Below are positions 35,289-37,200 of a stretch of 37,200 nucleotides of DNA, piece by piece (the first letter of the stretch is position 1; every line of letters begins with the position of its first letter). The notes under the pieces are model-generated. The model did no database searches and was not told the origin of the DNA. It saw only the letters and a program-made list of their open reading frames with translations. Source of the stretch: an uncultured Bacillales bacterium (GTDB taxonomy: Bacteria > Bacillota_I > Bacilli_A > RFN20 > CAG-826); the NCBI GenBank assembly GCA_946404585.1, contig CAMJEC010000002.1, positions 1 to 37,200 of the forward strand, in the 5' to 3' direction. The translations under genes were made by a program, and so were the position numbers.

Positions 35289-36296
35289 ATGCCACATTCT
35301 TCAGGCGGAGGTCATGGTGGTGGTGGATTCCATGGAGGTGGAGGTTTCCATTCAGGTAGCCATGGTAGCTCATCATCAACTAATAATGTAAGAACTACTA
35401 GATATTCACGTAGTTATTTCCCAGGTGCATATTGTTTTATCTATTACGATAGATTATTTAGACCTCACACTATTTATAGTGATTCTTTAGATCAAGATAA
35501 AAGAAAACAAAGTTTAGCAACGATCTTTGTGTATCTCTTTATTATGCTTATACCTCTTATCTTTATCTTCTTCCAATGCTTCCATACACCTAAGATGATT
35601 AAGGATGACTATAACACTAAGATTATCATTAGTGATCAAGCGGAAGTATTAAGTGATGAAGAAGAAGCAAACTTAAAAGTAACTTTTGAAAGCTTCTTTG
35701 ATAAAACTGGTATTACTCCATCATTTGTCAGTATTAAAGATAAATACCGTTATGAATTAGAAGACTATGCTTATGACTTCTATGTTGATAATTTCAAAGA
35801 TGAAAAGCACTGGTTAATTGCTTATTCAGAAATCAATGAAAGAAGTCATAAATGGTTCTTTGAAGGTATGCAAGGTAATGATACTGATTCAGTATTAACT
35901 ACATATCAAACAGATAAATTTAACAAAGCTTTACAAAAAGCCTTAGCCAATATGGATAACACTGTCTATCAAGCCTTTGATAAGACATTTAATGATTTCA
36001 GTAGTGAAGTTATGAAACCATACTTTTATATGGAGAAAGGTATGATTGTCTTTACCGTTATATGGGTTGGCATATTTGGTTTTTTAATTGCGTTGCAAAT
36101 CCACTCTGTCATTACACTTAAGCACATCAGTGAAAGTGTCGCTGTTATGAACGGGGAACCAAGATTAGAAAAGTGCCCATATTGTGATACACCATATTAT
36201 GCTTATTCAATAGAAACATGTCCTAAATGTGGTGGTGTTGTAGATTATCCAAAAAGCGCGAAAGTAAATCCAGAATCTAAGGACCCTGAATTCTAG
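35289..36296 (+). CDS. TPM-domain membrane protein with Gly/His-rich N-terminus and C-terminal zinc ribbon
   Basis: AAGGAGG SD. N-terminal SGGGHGGGGFHGGGGFHSGSHG, a TM helix, a TPM-like segment (IISDQAEVLSDEEEANL...KTGITPSFVSI...DYAYDFY...HWLIAYS), a second TM helix, then CPYC...CPKCGG. Confidence 0.6.
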   Translation: MPHSSGGGHGGGGFHGGGGFHSGSHGSSSSTNNVRTTRYSRSYFPGAYCFIYYDRLFRPHTIYSDSLDQDKRKQSLATIFVYLFIMLIPLIFIFFQCFHTPKMIKDDYNTKIIISDQAEVLSDEEEANLKVTFESFFDKTGITPSFVSIKDKYRYELEDYAYDFYVDNFKDEKHWLIAYSEINERSHKWFFEGMQGNDTDSVLTTYQTDKFNKALQKALANMDNTVYQAFDKTFNDFSSEVMKPYFYMEKGMIVFTVIWVGIFGFLIALQIHSVITLKHISESVAVMNGEPRLEKCPYCDTPYYAYSIETCPKCGGVVDYPKSAKVNPESKDPEF

Positions 36297-36332
36297 ACTA
36301 ATTACATAAAGTACATTATTATAAGAACAGAT

Positions 36333-36845
36333 ATGAACAAAGTAACAAAAACACTTGCCACTATCTGTTTTTATTTAATATTAGCCGCTTTAGTAAGTGC
36401 GATTATTTCCGACATCATCATTCTTAATCAACAGCTATTAGGTTTTATATTCGCTATTATTGCCTCAGTAGTGGTATTCTTCCTCGCTATATTCTTAATG
36501 ATAGTTAGTATCATATTGATATTTGGCATATATGTATTAGGTAGTAATGGCCTTTGGCCGTTATCATGGGCTAATAGTACATTTAGTAGCATTATGAATG
36601 ATTATCAAGTAACACAAGGTCAACTAGATGACTTGTTTGTTATTAGAATCATACTACTAGTGGTTTGCATAACCGCGTTTATTATCGCTGTTATCGCAAA
36701 AATAAGAATCAAAAAAGAAAAGAAAAAAGATCCTACGATAAAAGTAGGGCATTATAAGGGCTTTGCCACTGCTGGTATGGTATTATCAATATTGGGAACA
36801 TTAGCCTCTATTGGAATAGCGGCTATATTAACTTCATTGGGGTAG
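36333..36845 (+). CDS. Hypothetical integral membrane protein (about four TM helices)
   Basis: Long hydrophobic segments, a Lys-rich loop (KIRIKKEKKKD), no recognisable domain. Confidence 0.55.
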   Translation: MNKVTKTLATICFYLILAALVSAIISDIIILNQQLLGFIFAIIASVVVFFLAIFLMIVSIILIFGIYVLGSNGLWPLSWANSTFSSIMNDYQVTQGQLDDLFVIRIILLVVCITAFIIAVIAKIRIKKEKKKDPTIKVGHYKGFATAGMVLSILGTLASIGIAAILTSLG

Positions 36846-36848
36846 ATT

Positions 36849-37200
36849 ATGGACTTTCAAATCTTAGTGGATTACATAACAGGTAAAAGTGTTATTAAGA
36901 GTGAAGAAGAACGCGCTGCGGTGATGATACTCACTAATGGTGTTTGCTATGACTTTAGTGATGAACAAGTTAGAGAGCTCTATGATAGGTATCACAATAA
37001 AGAGTTAACAGATGTTCAAATGACATACCATATTGCTCTTTTATATAGCCTTCTTGCCAATGGCGCTCAAAATGGTATAACACCATCAAGTAAAGGAAAG
37101 ATACTATTACTTCAGTTTTATAAAGACCATGATTACTACTATCTAGATGAGCCTTTATTAAAAGAAGATATCGAACTTATAGGTACATACTTTGAAGAAC
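36849..37200 (+). CDS. Hypothetical protein, 3'-truncated by the window edge
   Basis: ATG 36849 lies 3 nt after the previous stop, and the frame is open to the end of the window (117 codons: MDFQILVDYITGKSVIKSEEERAAV...). It is absent from the track because no stop is reached. Confidence 0.5.
   Translation, partial: MDFQILVDYITGKSVIKSEEERAAVMILTNGVCYDFSDEQVRELYDRYHNKELTDVQMTYHIALLYSLLANGAQNGITPSSKGKILLLQFYKDHDYYYLDEPLLKEDIELIGTYFEE

Noticed and set aside
1-37200. Mollicutes-type genetic code (TGA = Trp), suggested by the AT-rich, lipoprotein-rich character
   Set aside because: Under the standard code the long genes (up to 1025 aa) are uninterrupted with continuous domain structure. A TGA-reassigned genome would fragment them.
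1-37200. CRISPR arrays, tRNA/rRNA genes, transposases, integrases, prophage genes
   Set aside because: No regularly spaced repeats, no recognisable RNA gene and no recombinase-like ORF was found on either strand. The only exact repeat noticed is the 47-mer at 6355/6810.

Overview
AT-rich, lipoprotein-rich chromosomal segment that reads like a low-GC Firmicutes genome, possibly Erysipelotrichia- or Acholeplasma-like (the taxon is a guess). It uses the standard code: long genes are never broken at TGA. All domain calls are by-eye motif recognition; no searches were run. Layout: (i) 1-8.4 kb is a signalling block. It holds a 5'-truncated hybrid histidine kinase with an overlapping solute-binding lipoprotein gene, two membrane GGDEF cyclases, an HD-GYP phosphodiesterase, an XRE-type membrane regulator and two tandem small membrane paralogues. 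(ii) 8.4-12.6 kb holds YggS, a small repeat protein, a CotH-like lipoprotein and a GQSNM-esterase lipoprotein. (iii) 12.6-15.5 kb holds three paralogous lipoproteins on the minus strand. (iv) 15.9-22.1 kb holds two large secreted multidomain proteins, an InlB-B-repeat protein and an endonuclease I/Big_2 fusion. Each is followed by an unannotated ~40-aa ORF, and the two ORFs share a leader-like N-terminus. (v) 22.1-27.3 kb holds an HprK-like kinase, a PqqD-type RRE, an S24/S26 peptidase, an HTH-Fic protein, an ABC exporter and a PF14907-type nucleotidyltransferase. This is my best candidate for an undescribed system: an RRE-dependent peptide modification/export cluster that looks like the accessory half of a lasso cluster but has no cyclase or any other class-defining RiPP enzyme. 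(vi) 27.4-37.2 kb holds a P-type ATPase, an M6-like metalloprotease lipoprotein, two more lipoprotein paralogues (minus strand), a TPM-domain membrane protein and two hypotheticals. Other notable signals are a conserved ~110-nt upstream element shared by the XRE regulator gene and one lipoprotein gene, and a perfect 47-nt repeat at the 5' ends of two diverged tandem genes. No rRNA, tRNA, CRISPR array, transposase or integrase was seen.
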